DNA of 64,000 bases from Methanobacteriota archaeon (GCA_963720465.1 OY970393.1:1472001-1536000); one strand, 5' to 3'. Shown: positions 30,104-41,556, numbered from the stretch's first letter. Numbers and translations are program-made. The notes: generated by a model from the sequence alone, not told the origin.

Positions 30104-32320
30104 TCATTGATAGCTTATGTGCGTCGTCGGCTCAGCAGGTCGGCCCCCTGCAAATTTCTGTTTTATCTGCTCGTAGTATTGCATCGTGTGTTCGTCAATC
30201 GCCGGCCGTACTTTTTTGAGTGCCTCTCTGAAGTGCCGCATTTCAATGGAGCTTATGTCCATCGCTTCCCGTAACGCGAGCATTGCCGCTTCTTTACAGA
30301 GAGTTTCTAAGTCGCTGCCCACGTACCACTCAGTAAGATCCGCAAGCTCTTCAATGTCCACGTCATCGGAGAGAGGCATTGTTCGCGTGTGGATATTCAA
30401 GATTGATACTCTCGCACTCTTCTGAGGCGCACCAAGCAATATCATTCGGTCGAATCGTCCTGAGCGTAAGAGCGCCGGGTCCACTATGTCAGGCCGATTC
30501 GTAGCAGCGATCACGACAATGCCCTTGAGATCTTGTAAGCCGTCAAGCTCCGTCAACAGAGTGTTTACGACTCGTTCCGAGACCCGCGACGTGTCTTCTA
30601 TGCCTCGCACGGGGGCGAGCGCATCGAGCTCATCGAGAAAAACAACAACGGGCGCAACTTGTCGCGCCTTCTTAAAAACGCTCCTTACTGCGCGCTCTGA
30701 TTCGCCGACCCATTTACTCATCAACTCAGGGCCCCGCACGCTAATGAAGTTCGCTTCCGTTTCATTAGCCACGGCTCTGACAATGAGGGTCTTGCCAGTT
30801 CCTGGCGGTCCGAACAGCAGGATTCCTCGAGGCGGCTTAATGCCCATTCTTCTAAATGATCGGGCCTCTTTCAGAGGCCATTCTATCGCTTCGATCAGTT
30901 CCTGGCGAGCTTCCTCAAGCCCGCCTACGTCGTTCCAGGTAGTATCAGGAATTTCGATGAGTATCTCACGGAGAGCACTCGGCTGTATTTCTCGAAACGC
31001 TTCGCTGAAATCCTCTTCAGTGATTTTCATTTTAGTGAGAGTCTCTGCGGGAATCTCTTTGTCGAGGTCGATATCTGGCATGTATCTCCTCAAGGCACGC
31101 ATTGCCGCCTCTTTCGTGAGCGAGAGGAGATCTGCTCCCACAAAGCCGTGAGTGATGCTCGCTAGCGCTTCGAGCTTGACGTCGCTGGCGAGTGGCATGT
31201 CCCGAGTGTGAATTTGCAGGATTTCCCTTCTGCCGCCATAATCCGGCACCGATATTTCAATCTCTCTATCGAACCGGCCGGGACGCCTCAAAGCAGGATC
31301 AATCGCTTCAATCCTGTTTGTAGCTCCGACTATTATTATTTCACCGCGCTCTTCAAGCCCATCCATTATGGTAAGCAGCTGCGCGACAACGCGTCGCTCG
31401 ACTTCTCCGGTTACGTCTTCGCGCTTCGGCGCGATTGAATCAAGCTCATCGATAAATACAATCGAGGGAGTGCGATCGCGGGCTTCCTCAAAGATTTCAC
31501 GTAGTCTTTGCTCGCTCTCCCCGTAGTACTTGCTCATAATCTCAGGTCCCGCTATCGAATAGAACGTTGCGCCCGATTCATTCGCAACGGCTTTTGCAAT
31601 GAGCGTCTTGCCAGTACCAGGAGGCCCGTGAAGCAGCACGCCGCTCGGTGGCGTTATGCCAAGGGCTTGGAAGACTTCGGGATGCTTCATAGGAAGTTCG
31701 ATCATCTCTCGTATGCGCTGTATCTCGTCTCTCAAACCTCCGATATCTTCGTACGAGATGCCCGTAGCACGCACCGATTCAAACCCTTTGACGGGCTTGT
31801 CCCTTAGATCAAGCTGGGTACGCTCAGTGATGAATACCACGCCGAGCGGACTCGTATTGACGACGACAAGCGGCACGGCTTGACCCGGCACCCGCAAGAG
31901 CGGATGTGACGCGACACTCATAATAGGCACGACGTCCCCCTGAACCATTGGGCGCTTGAGCAGCTGACGGTGAACGCTATCCGTCATCTCGGCAAGCGGT
32001 TGGGTAACAGTCCCTTCAGGAGGGGCAAGCACGACTTTCTGCGCTTCGTTCACCTTTGGCTTGCGCACAAGAACGCGCTCCCCCATCCCGACGCCTGCAT
32101 TTTGACGAATAAAACCATCTATGCGTATGATGCCCTCGTGCCAATCCTGGCGGTCGGCCCGCCAGACTTTGGCAGCGGTACTGGTCTTGCCAACGATTTC
32201 TATGATTTCTCCAGGAGATAGCTGAAGCTTGAGAAGCGTGTCTGGGTCGAGTCGAGCGATACCCCTTCCCGAATCGTTCGGATAGGCTTTGGCGACTTTT
32301 AGCTGGACCTCTTGCGCCAT
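30104..32320 (-). CDS. cdc48: CDC48/VCP AAA+ ATPase
   Basis: N domain plus two AAA modules ([21 protein letters not shown]); start MAQEVQL. Confidence 0.96.
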   Translation of the reverse strand: MAQEVQLKVAKAYPNDSGRGIARLDPDTLLKLQLSPGEIIEIVGKTSTAAKVWRADRQDWHEGIIRIDGFIRQNAGVGMGERVLVRKPKVNEAQKVVLAPPEGTVTQPLAEMTDSVHRQLLKRPMVQGDVVPIMSVASHPLLRVPGQAVPLVVVNTSPLGVVFITERTQLDLRDKPVKGFESVRATGISYEDIGGLRDEIQRIREMIELPMKHPEVFQALGITPPSGVLLHGPPGTGKTLIAKAVANESGATFYSIAGPEIMSKYYGESEQRLREIFEEARDRTPSIVFIDELDSIAPKREDVTGEVERRVVAQLLTIMDGLEERGEIIIVGATNRIEAIDPALRRPGRFDREIEISVPDYGGRREILQIHTRDMPLASDVKLEALASITHGFVGADLLSLTKEAAMRALRRYMPDIDLDKEIPAETLTKMKITEEDFSEAFREIQPSALREILIEIPDTTWNDVGGLEEARQELIEAIEWPLKEARSFRRMGIKPPRGILLFGPPGTGKTLIVRAVANETEANFISVRGPELMSKWVGESERAVRSVFKKARQVAPVVVFLDELDALAPVRGIEDTSRVSERVVNTLLTELDGLQDLKGIVVIAATNRPDIVDPALLRSGRFDRMILLGAPQKSARVSILNIHTRTMPLSDDVDIEELADLTEWYVGSDLETLCKEAAMLALREAMDISSIEMRHFREALKKVRPAIDEHTMQYYEQIKQKFAGGRPAEPTTHISYQ

Positions 32321-32394
32321 GCGATCAGAACCTAAGCTTATATGATAACACGGTGATATATAAGGGTGGCTAAAAGAGCCCCAGCTGTATATGC

Positions 32395-33582
32395 ATGACG
32401 ATACTTGCATTTGAGCCTTTTTCAGGCGCTTCGGGGGATATGCTGACCGCATGCCTCATCGATCTTGGCGCGGACGCGTCCGCCGTTCGAGAGAACATGG
32501 AAGCTGCCGCCGGCGTCGAAGTACAGATCTGCGAGGTGCAAAAGTCGGGGATACGGGCAACGCGCGTCAACGTGATCGCGCACGACGGGTCACGCTCGTA
32601 CCTGAAACTCATCGACGCGATTCAGTCGTGCGGGATCAGTTCAACGATACTCGCTGATGCGAGCGCGATATTTGCGATCCTAGCAGAGGCAGAAGCAGCC
32701 GTGCACGGAGTTCACAAAGACGATCTCGTATTCCACGAAGTGGGCGCTCAAGATGCCGTTGCAGATGTGATCGGCGCCTGCACTGCTGTTTCACAACTCC
32801 AGGTTGACTCCGTATTTACGACCCCGATATGCGTGGGCGGAGGGTCTGTAGAGACTGATCACGGGCACCTGCCCGTACCCGCTCCTGTGACAGCTGCCAT
32901 ACTCTCCAAATACCACCTGATAACCAGAGGGGGACCCGTTGAGGGCGAACTGCTCACCCCGACAGGTGCAGCTATTCTTGCCTTTTTCACCGGAATTTCG
33001 GATGTTTTCTTGCCGCAAATGACCCTCGAGCGCGTGGGGTACGGTGCTGGGTCTCGAGATTACCCCCACGCAAACGTCTTGCGTGCCACGCTCGGCCAGG
33101 TCAATGAAGATCTGCTACTCGACGACGTCCAGGTGCTCGAAACCAACGTGGACGACGTCACAGGGGAGGTGCTCGGAAGTCTCATAGAGGGACTCCTCGA
33201 AATTGGCGCGCTCGACGTGGCAATCATACCTACGACGGGGAAAAAAAGCAGAACTGGACACATTATCCAGGTGATCGCCCGACCCGCTGAATCGCACCGA
33301 CTTGCAAGGAAGATCATTGAAGAAACTGGCAGCTTAGGAGTGCGAATCACGCCTACACATCACAGAATCAAAACACTGAGGCGTTTTGAAACGGTAACGC
33401 TGCGCATCGGCAATGAATCTTACACGATCAGCGTAAAAGTTGCGACAGACCAACACGGGACTGTGCTCAACGTTGCCGCCGAATTTGACGAGGCAACTGC
33501 GCTTGCAAAGAAGCTAAACATCCCCGTTAAGCGTGTTATGAGGATGGCTGAACAGGAGGCTTGGGACCGAGTCGGCGGCTAG
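32395..33582 (+). CDS. larC: Nickel-pincer cofactor biosynthesis protein LarC
   Basis: [38 protein letters not shown]. Confidence 0.92.
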   Translation: MTILAFEPFSGASGDMLTACLIDLGADASAVRENMEAAAGVEVQICEVQKSGIRATRVNVIAHDGSRSYLKLIDAIQSCGISSTILADASAIFAILAEAEAAVHGVHKDDLVFHEVGAQDAVADVIGACTAVSQLQVDSVFTTPICVGGGSVETDHGHLPVPAPVTAAILSKYHLITRGGPVEGELLTPTGAAILAFFTGISDVFLPQMTLERVGYGAGSRDYPHANVLRATLGQVNEDLLLDDVQVLETNVDDVTGEVLGSLIEGLLEIGALDVAIIPTTGKKSRTGHIIQVIARPAESHRLARKIIEETGSLGVRITPTHHRIKTLRRFETVTLRIGNESYTISVKVATDQHGTVLNVAAEFDEATALAKKLNIPVKRVMRMAEQEAWDRVGG

Positions 33583-34340
33583 TGCGTTTGATCTTTGCTT
33601 GCTCCCGCGTGTTCCGCGAGAGCTTGACTTATCGTTATTTCGCCTTTCGCTACCCTTTGGGCAAGCTTTCGCGAAATTGTTGTTCGACCTTCAGAGAGCG
33701 CTCTGGTCCTCTCTTGAATCCGCCGGATCTCACCCTTCGAAGGGAGCACGTTTTGATGCCCCGCCGGGGTGCCATGCGTGTATGCGATGTTGATTGCGGC
33801 AACGATGTCTGAGATCGCGATTCCTGCCGTGCCCTTTCCCAGGTATGGTGAGGTTCCGCTTTCATCGACGAACTCAACGGCGATGCCGTGCGAGATTAAG
33901 GCATTTGCTAAATGCGTGCTCGTCAGGCGTGCTCCGTTTCCAATTCTTACCAGGATATCAGGATAGGTCTGCTGAATCCGCTCTACAATTTTCGAAGCCT
34001 GTCTTAAAGGGACACGGTAAACAGCCTCAACGATACCATTCGCGACGACAGCAATTCCGGGTTCATCTCCTGGATCGATCCCTATGACGGCGCTTTCAGG
34101 TACGCCTGTATTTCTGAGACGTCGCATCGCTTCGCTGACCGCCATCTCGGGATCAGACGCAACAACGACATTCGGAAAAGAGATCGCGCTCGCCTCCTTG
34201 TCAGAAGTGATCACCACGCCAACTTCACGTCCTATAGCTTCGCTGGGCGCAACAGTTACAAATTTGAGCCTCTTTTCGCGAAGCTTCCTGGTGATATCCT
34301 GGTAGAGTGCGAAGTCCGTCGTTGCTAGGGCTATGTAGAT
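33579..34340 (-). CDS. Conserved euryarchaeal protein with an RNase H-like GIDPG motif; apparent ATC start
   Basis: IGIDPG, RIGNG, VDESGTS, DIVAAINIA; the frame stays open upstream of 34217 through IYIALATTDFALY to an in-frame TAG. Confidence 0.8.
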   Translation of the reverse strand: MYIALATTDFALYQDITRKLREKRLKFVTVAPSEAIGREVGVVITSDKEASAISFPNVVVASDPEMAVSEAMRRLRNTGVPESAVIGIDPGDEPGIAVVANGIVEAVYRVPLRQASKIVERIQQTYPDILVRIGNGARLTSTHLANALISHGIAVEFVDESGTSPYLGKGTAGIAISDIVAAINIAYTHGTPAGHQNVLPSKGEIRRIQERTRALSEGRTTISRKLAQRVAKGEITISQALAEHAGASKDQTH

Positions 34341-34459
34341 CTTTGCCCCCCCCTACTTTTTATTCTGGAACGAAAGTTTATAACTCTAACTCTCCATAAT
34401 GCCATAGCGAACGGCTTTGCGTTGTTTTTCAGGTTAGATTTGCTCTGAGGAAGTGAAGT

Positions 34460-35128
34460 TTGCCCCTTTATCCAAGTACCTGCCACAGCATCGATGCTCT
34501 CATCGGCGGCGGCTTTCCAACAGGGGTCCTGTCGCACATCTATGGAGAGCCGGGCAGTGGGAAGACTAGCCTATGCATGCAGCTAGCTACGAACGTCATA
34601 AGACGCGAAAAGCGCGTGATTTATATCGCGGCTGGTCCGTTCCCAAGCGAACGATTCGCTCAGGTCGCTGCAACGGACGCTGCACCGATCAGTCAAAAAC
34701 TGCTCGTTTTCGAGGTGAAAAGCTTCGATCAGCAGCGGGCTACGCTCGGCAATATCAGGAAAATAGCAAAGGAAAACGTAGGGCTTATCATTTTCGATAC
34801 AGCCACCACTTACTATCGGCTCGAACAAGCAAAAAACACGGAGATTGAGTCGCGACAAGGCTTCACCAATCAAGTTCTTTTGCTGCTCGGTTTAGCCAAA
34901 AAGTACGACCTGGCCGTTATGTTAACCAACCAGGTTTATGTCGACACCGACACAAATGAGGTGCTGCCTGTTGCGGGGTACTTGCTTGATAACCTCTCCG
35001 CCATCGTTTTACAGTTCACAAAAACTCATTCGGAACGGCGGTGCGCGATATTGAAGAAGCATCCTATACTGCCACTCGAGACAAGCGCGTATTTTAAGCT
35101 TACGGGTCGGGGACTGTCCGATGCTTAA
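34460..35128 (+). CDS. radB: DNA repair protein RadB
   Basis: Short RecA core, GEPGSGKT, TNQVY, C-terminal KH motif. Confidence 0.88.
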   Translation: MPLYPSTCHSIDALIGGGFPTGVLSHIYGEPGSGKTSLCMQLATNVIRREKRVIYIAAGPFPSERFAQVAATDAAPISQKLLVFEVKSFDQQRATLGNIRKIAKENVGLIIFDTATTYYRLEQAKNTEIESRQGFTNQVLLLLGLAKKYDLAVMLTNQVYVDTDTNEVLPVAGYLLDNLSAIVLQFTKTHSERRCAILKKHPILPLETSAYFKLTGRGLSDA

Positions 35129-35939
35129 CCTTTTTTAGGAAATAGATGCCCTTGTAGACCGTTTCCGCCGGCCCTTCCATCAGGGCGCGGTCTTTCCTCA
35201 ACGTAACTTTCAAAGAACCACCTAACGTTTTGACGGTGACCCGAGTGCCTATGAGGCCCATCTGGTTCGCGACAGCTGCGGCTGCGACAGCACCGGTGCC
35301 GCAGCTGAGAGTCTCACGTTCAACGCCGCGCTCGTACGTACGAACAGCAAGCGTATTCCCATCGACTTTCACAAAATTGACGTTGGCTCCTAGAGGGAAC
35401 ACTGGATCAAACCGAATCTTTACTGCTAAGTCGTGCACATCAATGTCAGCTTGATCGTCAAAGATCACCGCGTGAGGTACACCGGTGTTGACCGCGGAAA
35501 CCACCACCCCGTGCATATTTTCGATGAACTGATCGCCGGTCCCGAGAGCTGGTATCGCTGAGCGGGCAAACCGAGGCTTGCCCATGTCAACAACTACCGA
35601 GCTTCTCTTAGCGGTGACCTCGCGAACCCCGGCCTTTGTCTTCACCGTCACGCTGCCGCGCTTCACATACCCGGCATCGACGGCGTACATGACGAGACAA
35701 CGAATGCCGTTTCCGCACATCTCCGCTTCAGAACCGTCAGGCTGAAGCAGTCGCATGCCCAGATCGGCGCCCGCAGGCCGGGACACGAAAAGAACCCCAT
35801 CAGCGCCTATGCCAAACCGACGGTCGCACGTCTTTATGGCAAAACTCGATTTGTTTTTGATGGCCACTTTCTCAGTCTCGTCAATGATGACAAAGTCGTT
35901 CCCATTACCGTGCATCTTGACGAACTCTAGCGCCCTCAT
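35100..35939 (-). CDS. dapF: Diaminopimelate epimerase
   Basis: KMHGNGNDF, EMCGNG, GVPH, ERGV, SCGTG. Confidence 0.95.
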   Translation of the reverse strand: MRALEFVKMHGNGNDFVIIDETEKVAIKNKSSFAIKTCDRRFGIGADGVLFVSRPAGADLGMRLLQPDGSEAEMCGNGIRCLVMYAVDAGYVKRGSVTVKTKAGVREVTAKRSSVVVDMGKPRFARSAIPALGTGDQFIENMHGVVVSAVNTGVPHAVIFDDQADIDVHDLAVKIRFDPVFPLGANVNFVKVDGNTLAVRTYERGVERETLSCGTGAVAAAAVANQMGLIGTRVTVKTLGGSLKVTLRKDRALMEGPAETVYKGIYFLKKVKHRTVPDP

Positions 35940-35948
35940 AGCGAACCC

Positions 35949-37229
35949 TCATAGCAGGCGCGGTGGAATACACTGTCCGATCAAGAGATCCTCGTAGGTT
36001 TCGCGCCTTCGAATGATTTCTGCTTCACCCGCGCTGACGAGCACTTCACTCGCGCGTGCGCGTCCGTTGTACTGAGAGCTCATCGCAAACCCGTACGCGC
36101 CTGTGTCGAGGATAGCGATTATGTCGCCCTTTTCAACGCGTGGAAGACGTCTGTCTCTTGCCAGTATGTCGCCGCTTTCGCATATCGGGCCAACGACCGT
36201 GTACACGTGATCGGGTGTCTTATCGAGCTTATTCGCGACAATCACCTCGTGGTACGACTCATACAAGGTCGGGCGGAGCAGAAGGTTAAACCCGGCGTCA
36301 ACGCCGACGAAAGTGCTATACGCCTCCTTGACGGTGCTGACCGCACAGAGCAGAATTGCGCCGTCACCAACGACGTATCTTCCCGGTTCAAGCACGAGCT
36401 TGGGGCGGATCCCCAGCGCGCGCGCACGTTCGGTGAAGATCGGCAGAATCACACTCGCGAGGTCGAATGGGGTTGGCGCTGTCCCGGCGTACGGTATGCC
36501 CAGTCCGCTGCCGATGTCAACGAAATCGAGTTCGAGCGCAAGGTCGTTTCTGAGTTCTTCAACGATATCCATCATCCGCGTCATCATCTCTGCGAAGGGG
36601 CTAAGCTCGAGTATCTGTGAACCGATGTGGCAATGAATGCCAACAGGCCGGACACCTTCAAGTGAGAGCGCTTCGGCGTAGCACGCAAGCACCTGAGTGG
36701 GGGGGATTCCAAATTTCGATTGCGCCAGGCCCGTTGCGATCTTGGGATGAGTCGCGGGAGAAACGTTAGGGTTGATCCTGAATGCGATCTCGACCTCTCT
36801 GTCTGCATCTGAGGCAATTCGTGCGAGCGCTCGGAGCTCATCAGGTGAATCAACGGACACCCTCACGCCGGTTTCACACGCCATTGCAAGCTCGGCGTCA
36901 GTTTTTGCGTTTCCATTGAAGAGGATGCGGTCGGGTCGGATCCCGGCAAGGAGAGCAGCATACAGCTCACCATCGGAGAATACGTCGGCGCCGGCACCTT
37001 CTTGCGCGAGTATGCGCAGGATCGCTATGTGACCATTCGCCTTTGCGGCGTAGTATACATCCGCTTTAGGGAACGCGGCGGCGAAGCGCCGGTAGTTGCT
37101 TCGAATGCGCCTCTCATCGGTGACATAGAGCGGCGTGCCGTGCTTTCGCGCGAGCTCAACGGCATCGGCGCCCCCAATGATGAGGTGGCCGTTCTTCTCG
37201 CCGAGATGTTCGCGCGTGCCGAAATCCAT
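35949..37229 (-). CDS. lysA: Diaminopimelate decarboxylase
   Basis: YAAKAN, SKFG, HCHIGSQ, EPGR, CESGD; ATG overlaps the dapL stop (TAATG). Confidence 0.95.
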   Translation of the reverse strand: MDFGTREHLGEKNGHLIIGGADAVELARKHGTPLYVTDERRIRSNYRRFAAAFPKADVYYAAKANGHIAILRILAQEGAGADVFSDGELYAALLAGIRPDRILFNGNAKTDAELAMACETGVRVSVDSPDELRALARIASDADREVEIAFRINPNVSPATHPKIATGLAQSKFGIPPTQVLACYAEALSLEGVRPVGIHCHIGSQILELSPFAEMMTRMMDIVEELRNDLALELDFVDIGSGLGIPYAGTAPTPFDLASVILPIFTERARALGIRPKLVLEPGRYVVGDGAILLCAVSTVKEAYSTFVGVDAGFNLLLRPTLYESYHEVIVANKLDKTPDHVYTVVGPICESGDILARDRRLPRVEKGDIIAILDTGAYGFAMSSQYNGRARASEVLVSAGEAEIIRRRETYEDLLIGQCIPPRLL

Positions 37230-38383
37230 TATATGACCTCCTGGAGCCGCGTCACAGCCTCCTCGATCGTGCTGACGGGCACCGTCAACGCGAATCTGAT
37301 GTAGCCCTCCCCGTAGTCTCCGAAGCCAATGCCTGGCGTTGCGACAATCCCGGCATTTAGAAGTCTCATTGAAAACTCGAGAGAGGAGCTTCCGTCTGGA
37401 ACTGGAGCCCAGACATAAAACGTTGCCTTCGGCTTGTCCACGGACCATCCAATGTTCCTTAGGCCATCGACCAGTGCGTCTCTGCGCTCTAAATAGAGTT
37501 TCTTGAGTACTTCAACCGTTTCCTGTGGCCCCGTCATAGCAGCGATCCCCGATTCCTGTACCGCCTGGAATGCGCCTGAATCTAGGTTCGATTTGACCTT
37601 TCTGAGGCCAGCTATGACGTCGGCGTTTCCTACTGCAAACCCGATTCGCCAGCCGGTCATATTGTACGTTTTGGAGAGGCTGCCGATTTCGATTCCAACG
37701 TCCATTGCCCCAGGTACGGAGAGAAACGACGGAGCTACGTAACCGTCATAAGTCAGCTCTAAATATGCTGCATCGTGGCAGACGATAATATCGTTGTCAG
37801 AGGCGTAATCGACGATGGCTCTAAAAAAACCACTATCAGCGACCGCGGCCGTCGGATTGTTCGGATAGTTGATGAAGAGCAACTTGGCATCGGTCACAGC
37901 CTTGTCAATATCAGGTAAGAATCCGTTGTCAGCAGTTAGTGGCATGCTTATGGGCTTGCCATCAGCCAGGATAGTAGCAATCCTGTACACGGGATATGCG
38001 GGATCGGGAACAAGTACTTTGTCCCCTCGGTTGATAAAGGCCAAGGGAAGATGCGCTATGCCTTCCTTCGATCCGATCAGTGCGGAGGCCTCACGCGCTG
38101 GATCAACAGCGATACCTTTCTTCGCGTACCACTCACTTACGGCCTCTCTAAATGACAGCATGCCTTCAGAGGATGGGTACCGATGGTTCGCATCGTTGTG
38201 CGCGGCGCGCACGAGCGAATCTATGATGTGAGGCGGCGTTGGCTGATCTGGGTCTCCAACTCCCAGATCAATAACGTTGATTCCCTGTGCCTCCTTCGCT
38301 GCCTTCAGCGCATCTATTTGGGCGAAAAGGTAGGGCGGCAGCACCTCTAGTCTTTTTGAATACTTGATTGTCGCGTTCGCCAT
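37229..38383 (-). CDS. dapL: LL-diaminopimelate aminotransferase
   Basis: PPYLFA, GSKEG, YPNNPT, DAAY, SLSKTYNMTGWRIG; in an operon with lysA-dapF. Confidence 0.88.
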   Translation of the reverse strand: MANATIKYSKRLEVLPPYLFAQIDALKAAKEAQGINVIDLGVGDPDQPTPPHIIDSLVRAAHNDANHRYPSSEGMLSFREAVSEWYAKKGIAVDPAREASALIGSKEGIAHLPLAFINRGDKVLVPDPAYPVYRIATILADGKPISMPLTADNGFLPDIDKAVTDAKLLFINYPNNPTAAVADSGFFRAIVDYASDNDIIVCHDAAYLELTYDGYVAPSFLSVPGAMDVGIEIGSLSKTYNMTGWRIGFAVGNADVIAGLRKVKSNLDSGAFQAVQESGIAAMTGPQETVEVLKKLYLERRDALVDGLRNIGWSVDKPKATFYVWAPVPDGSSSLEFSMRLLNAGIVATPGIGFGDYGEGYIRFALTVPVSTIEEAVTRLQEVI

Positions 38384-38679
38384 GCTTCCACCTAAGTGGT
38401 AGGCTGCGAAGTGGGGTATCACAAGCGCAGCTTCCAAAACCATGAAACATCGCAAAGTGCAACGATTTGCGATTGCTCATCATCATTGAAGTTCTTTTTC
38501 GAATAAAGACTTATTGGGGGCTGCGTTGAACGAGCAGCCGCGAATTGTTCCTGCATGGAAGCGCTGACATGAAACCAAGCAGTTCATCGGTTGCTCTTGG
38601 ATGACGCGCGTCGAATCAGCTCTGGGTGATGCAAACCTTTATTGTCTAGAAGCTTTCCATATACGCGAGAGCTGATACC

Positions 38680-39288
38680 ATGGATAATCGCAATCTAATT
38701 ACGGCGCTCGCGATCGCGGCGCTGATAACATTGGCAGTGACGGCGGCCGGCTGCACGACGAATACGAGCCCGTCTCCGACTCCGATTCCATCGAGCACCA
38801 CGACCAATGGCAACAACACGACGTTTTCAAGTGGCACTGGTTTCAATATTACGTATCCTACTGCGCTCAAAGTAGATACGTCAAACGATCCAACAACCCA
38901 AGTGAAGATATATGTGTATCTGAATCCAAGTACTGTAGTTGATGGCGTGAACGTGGGCACAAATAGTCTTAGCGCAGGCCAAACTTTGAGCAGTTATGCT
39001 GCCTCTCAGTTGGCTAACGTCACCAAATACCCGAGCTACCAACAGATTTCAAACAACACCACTACAGTTTCTGGCCAGCCAGCACAAACAGTCATTTTTC
39101 AAGGGGTCGTCCCTGTCCAGCTTAATACAACGCCAGCTACGAATACTAATATGACGCTCAAAGTAATGGAGACTTTCGTCGTAAATAACAACACTGGTTA
39201 TGTGATAGCTTACAAGGCCGTACCCAGCGACTATAACACCTACCTAGCGCAAGCACAGCGAATAATGAACTCATTTGTGCTGACATAA
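38680..39288 (+). CDS. Lipoprotein with a PsbP/Mog1-like domain
   Basis: AAGC lipobox, P/T linker, FNITYP, TTTVSGQPA, IMNSF. Confidence 0.7.
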   Translation: MDNRNLITALAIAALITLAVTAAGCTTNTSPSPTPIPSSTTTNGNNTTFSSGTGFNITYPTALKVDTSNDPTTQVKIYVYLNPSTVVDGVNVGTNSLSAGQTLSSYAASQLANVTKYPSYQQISNNTTTVSGQPAQTVIFQGVVPVQLNTTPATNTNMTLKVMETFVVNNNTGYVIAYKAVPSDYNTYLAQAQRIMNSFVLT

Positions 39289-39778
39289 TCAAGACGCAGA
39301 CACTCCAGATGGGTAGAGAGCCGCTTCTCTGCCCTTTATTTTCTTGTTTTGCAAGTCTAGTTGAGTTAGCACGAACAGAATTACAGCAAACGCTGCACGA
39401 AAAATTGGTGCTGTCTTCGCGTCCTTGTAAAAAAAGTTCTTTCAATCAAACTATGTAAGATACGCCGGCCATCTCAGAATCGACGGCCGACTTGCTTACT
39501 TGGTCGCAATGACCAATACTTGCGCAATACAATAGTCCCGATGCAATGCTGTGCTTTCTGATTTGGCTCGTCACCTCGCTTAGTTTAGTCAATGCTATGT
39601 CTGCTTCACTCCTATTTGTATTTTTTCATTATTAAACGTGATTGATAGCGGAATTAAGCAGCCTAAAAGAAAGAGCGCTTTTAGGCGTGCAGACCCGTCA
39701 CGGAGCTGTTGTCAACATGAAACCCTTTCTTGCTATCAAACGAATGCCGTTTCGAACAGTGACTATTGATTCTCGAAG

Positions 39779-40384
39779 CTAATCGTACAGGTAATCGTAG
39801 GACAAGTGCGAGTCCACTATCTGCGTCTTCCCGCAAGCAAGCGATTCCCTCGTCGCGCCAAAATCAGCACAATGGATCAACGTTTTACCATTTCCTATTT
39901 CCGCGGCCTGATGCGCGTCGCTGGTCCCAATGACGGGTTTATCATATTGACAAGCTAGCTGTTGCGCAAGCGCATTGCGCGAGGCGCTCGTTTTCGAATT
40001 GAATCCCTCAATGAGATCAAGGCTCTTAATGGCCTCGGGACGTAATAGGTTCTTTCCGACTCGGAATGGGTGCGCCCAAAAAACTATTCCACCTTGCGCT
40101 TTTACCTCGGTGATCACGTCGGCGGTGTTTCTAGACTTAATTTCCTCCGTGAGAAATAAACCGATCAGGTCCTCCTTGTTCGCCGTCTCAATTTCTGAAC
40201 CGACGATGACCAAAAAATCAGAGTCGTCATTCAACCTACGCGTCTTAACTGCGCCCTTGATGGTTAAGTGATCCGCGACGGCAATGCCGTCCAATCCCAG
40301 TTTCTTTGCGACCTTGAGAATGGTGGCCGGCGCCATTGTACAATCGCCCGAGTATTTTGAGTGAATGTGCAGATCAAAGATCAC
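39779..40384 (-). CDS. PHP-domain metal-dependent phosphoesterase
   Basis: DLHIHS, ADH, AHP, SDAH. Confidence 0.9.
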   Translation of the reverse strand: MIFDLHIHSKYSGDCTMAPATILKVAKKLGLDGIAVADHLTIKGAVKTRRLNDDSDFLVIVGSEIETANKEDLIGLFLTEEIKSRNTADVITEVKAQGGIVFWAHPFRVGKNLLRPEAIKSLDLIEGFNSKTSASRNALAQQLACQYDKPVIGTSDAHQAAEIGNGKTLIHCADFGATRESLACGKTQIVDSHLSYDYLYD

Positions 40385-40588
40385 GTTCCTTGCACCTCGA
40401 TCGACGCGTCCATCGACTACAAACTGATGGGCGTTCGCCTGCGAAAATACTCAAGCCTAATAATCCAATGGCGGCCAATAAGCATTTGTATCTTTCGCCA
40501 ATTCTTTCCGCAACCGGGGGTTTCTGCTGGCGAGGTCATCGCGAAAAAGGAAGAAACGGTTAAGCCTAGCGCCACGTTACAACCGTCT

Positions 40589-41062
40589 ATGAAAACGCTC
40601 GTCGTTTTTTATTCTCGCACCGGTGTCACCAGAAAGGTGGCTGAAACGATCGCGCGAGCCCTCTCAGGAGACGTCGAGGAGATCGTCGCTAGAGAAGATC
40701 GAAGCGATTTTTCCGGGTACGGCCTTTCGCGCGAGGAGGCGGTCCTGAAAAAGCCCGCAGCCATCAAGGCCACGAAAAGGGATCCTGCCCGTTACGACCT
40801 CACGATCGTTGGCACGCCGGTATGGGTTCAAACCGTATCAAGTCCCGTGAGGGCCTACATCTCGCGCAAGAGAAAGCGATTCACTCGTGTTGCGTTCTTT
40901 TCCACCCAAGATCGTTCAGGGGCAGAGAGCGCGTTCGAAGAGATGCAAGAACTGTGCAACGCGACCCCGGTTGCCACCGTCAAAATTCTGCACCAAGACG
41001 TAGAAGACAACTCGTACGTTCAGAAGATCGAAAGCTTTCTAGTGCGTATCGGCAATCTGTAA
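40589..41062 (+). CDS. Flavodoxin-family protein
   Basis: VVFYSRTGVT, GTPVW, VAFFST. Confidence 0.85.
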   Translation: MKTLVVFYSRTGVTRKVAETIARALSGDVEEIVAREDRSDFSGYGLSREEAVLKKPAAIKATKRDPARYDLTIVGTPVWVQTVSSPVRAYISRKRKRFTRVAFFSTQDRSGAESAFEEMQELCNATPVATVKILHQDVEDNSYVQKIESFLVRIGNL

Positions 41063-41212
41063 GCGATCCTTTCAAGCTCAAAGCGCCTGGTCATCCTGCT
41101 CGCACGCGGCCGCCGTAGAGTTCGTCAAGCGTGCGCTGAGTGACAAACTAAAGTTGTTATAAATCTTAAAATAGCTACTGGCTCTATTTTACGTTGCCTC
41201 GGTCTTAAATCA

Positions 41213-41355
41213 CTAAGGTTGTTAACGGAAGCTCGGTTGATTCCACAGAAAGGGTCGATGCATGGGTTGTCTCACGCTTATCGTGAGCTTGTTGGTTCTG
41301 TGGAAAAAGGGACACGTTAGATATGTCGCGAACGGGCAAAAGTTAACGACCTTAG
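41213..41355 (+). other. Highly structured ~143-nt element (ncRNA or MITE)
   Basis: 14-bp terminal stem, a perfect 10-bp inner stem and a 6-bp hairpin; T-run immediately downstream. Confidence 0.6.
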
Positions 41356-41556
41356 ACTATTTTTTATGACGCTTATCAGGTCCAGAGAGGCTTTACACGA
41401 AATAAGCGAACGCGATCACCAACGCCTAGCTGGGCCGGTACAAAGGTAACCACCCTCGGCCTTTGCGCGCGGCTCTCATCGCCACGCTCCGCTGATGCCA
41501 GAACTTCTGACAACGGTATTAATATCGGACTGCCCATATGGGTTAGCTGGAGCAGC

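Noticed and set aside
39290-39778. Long intergenic region as a possible pseudogene or ncRNA
   Set aside because: Only a terminator-like tract and weak hairpins; no convincing frame
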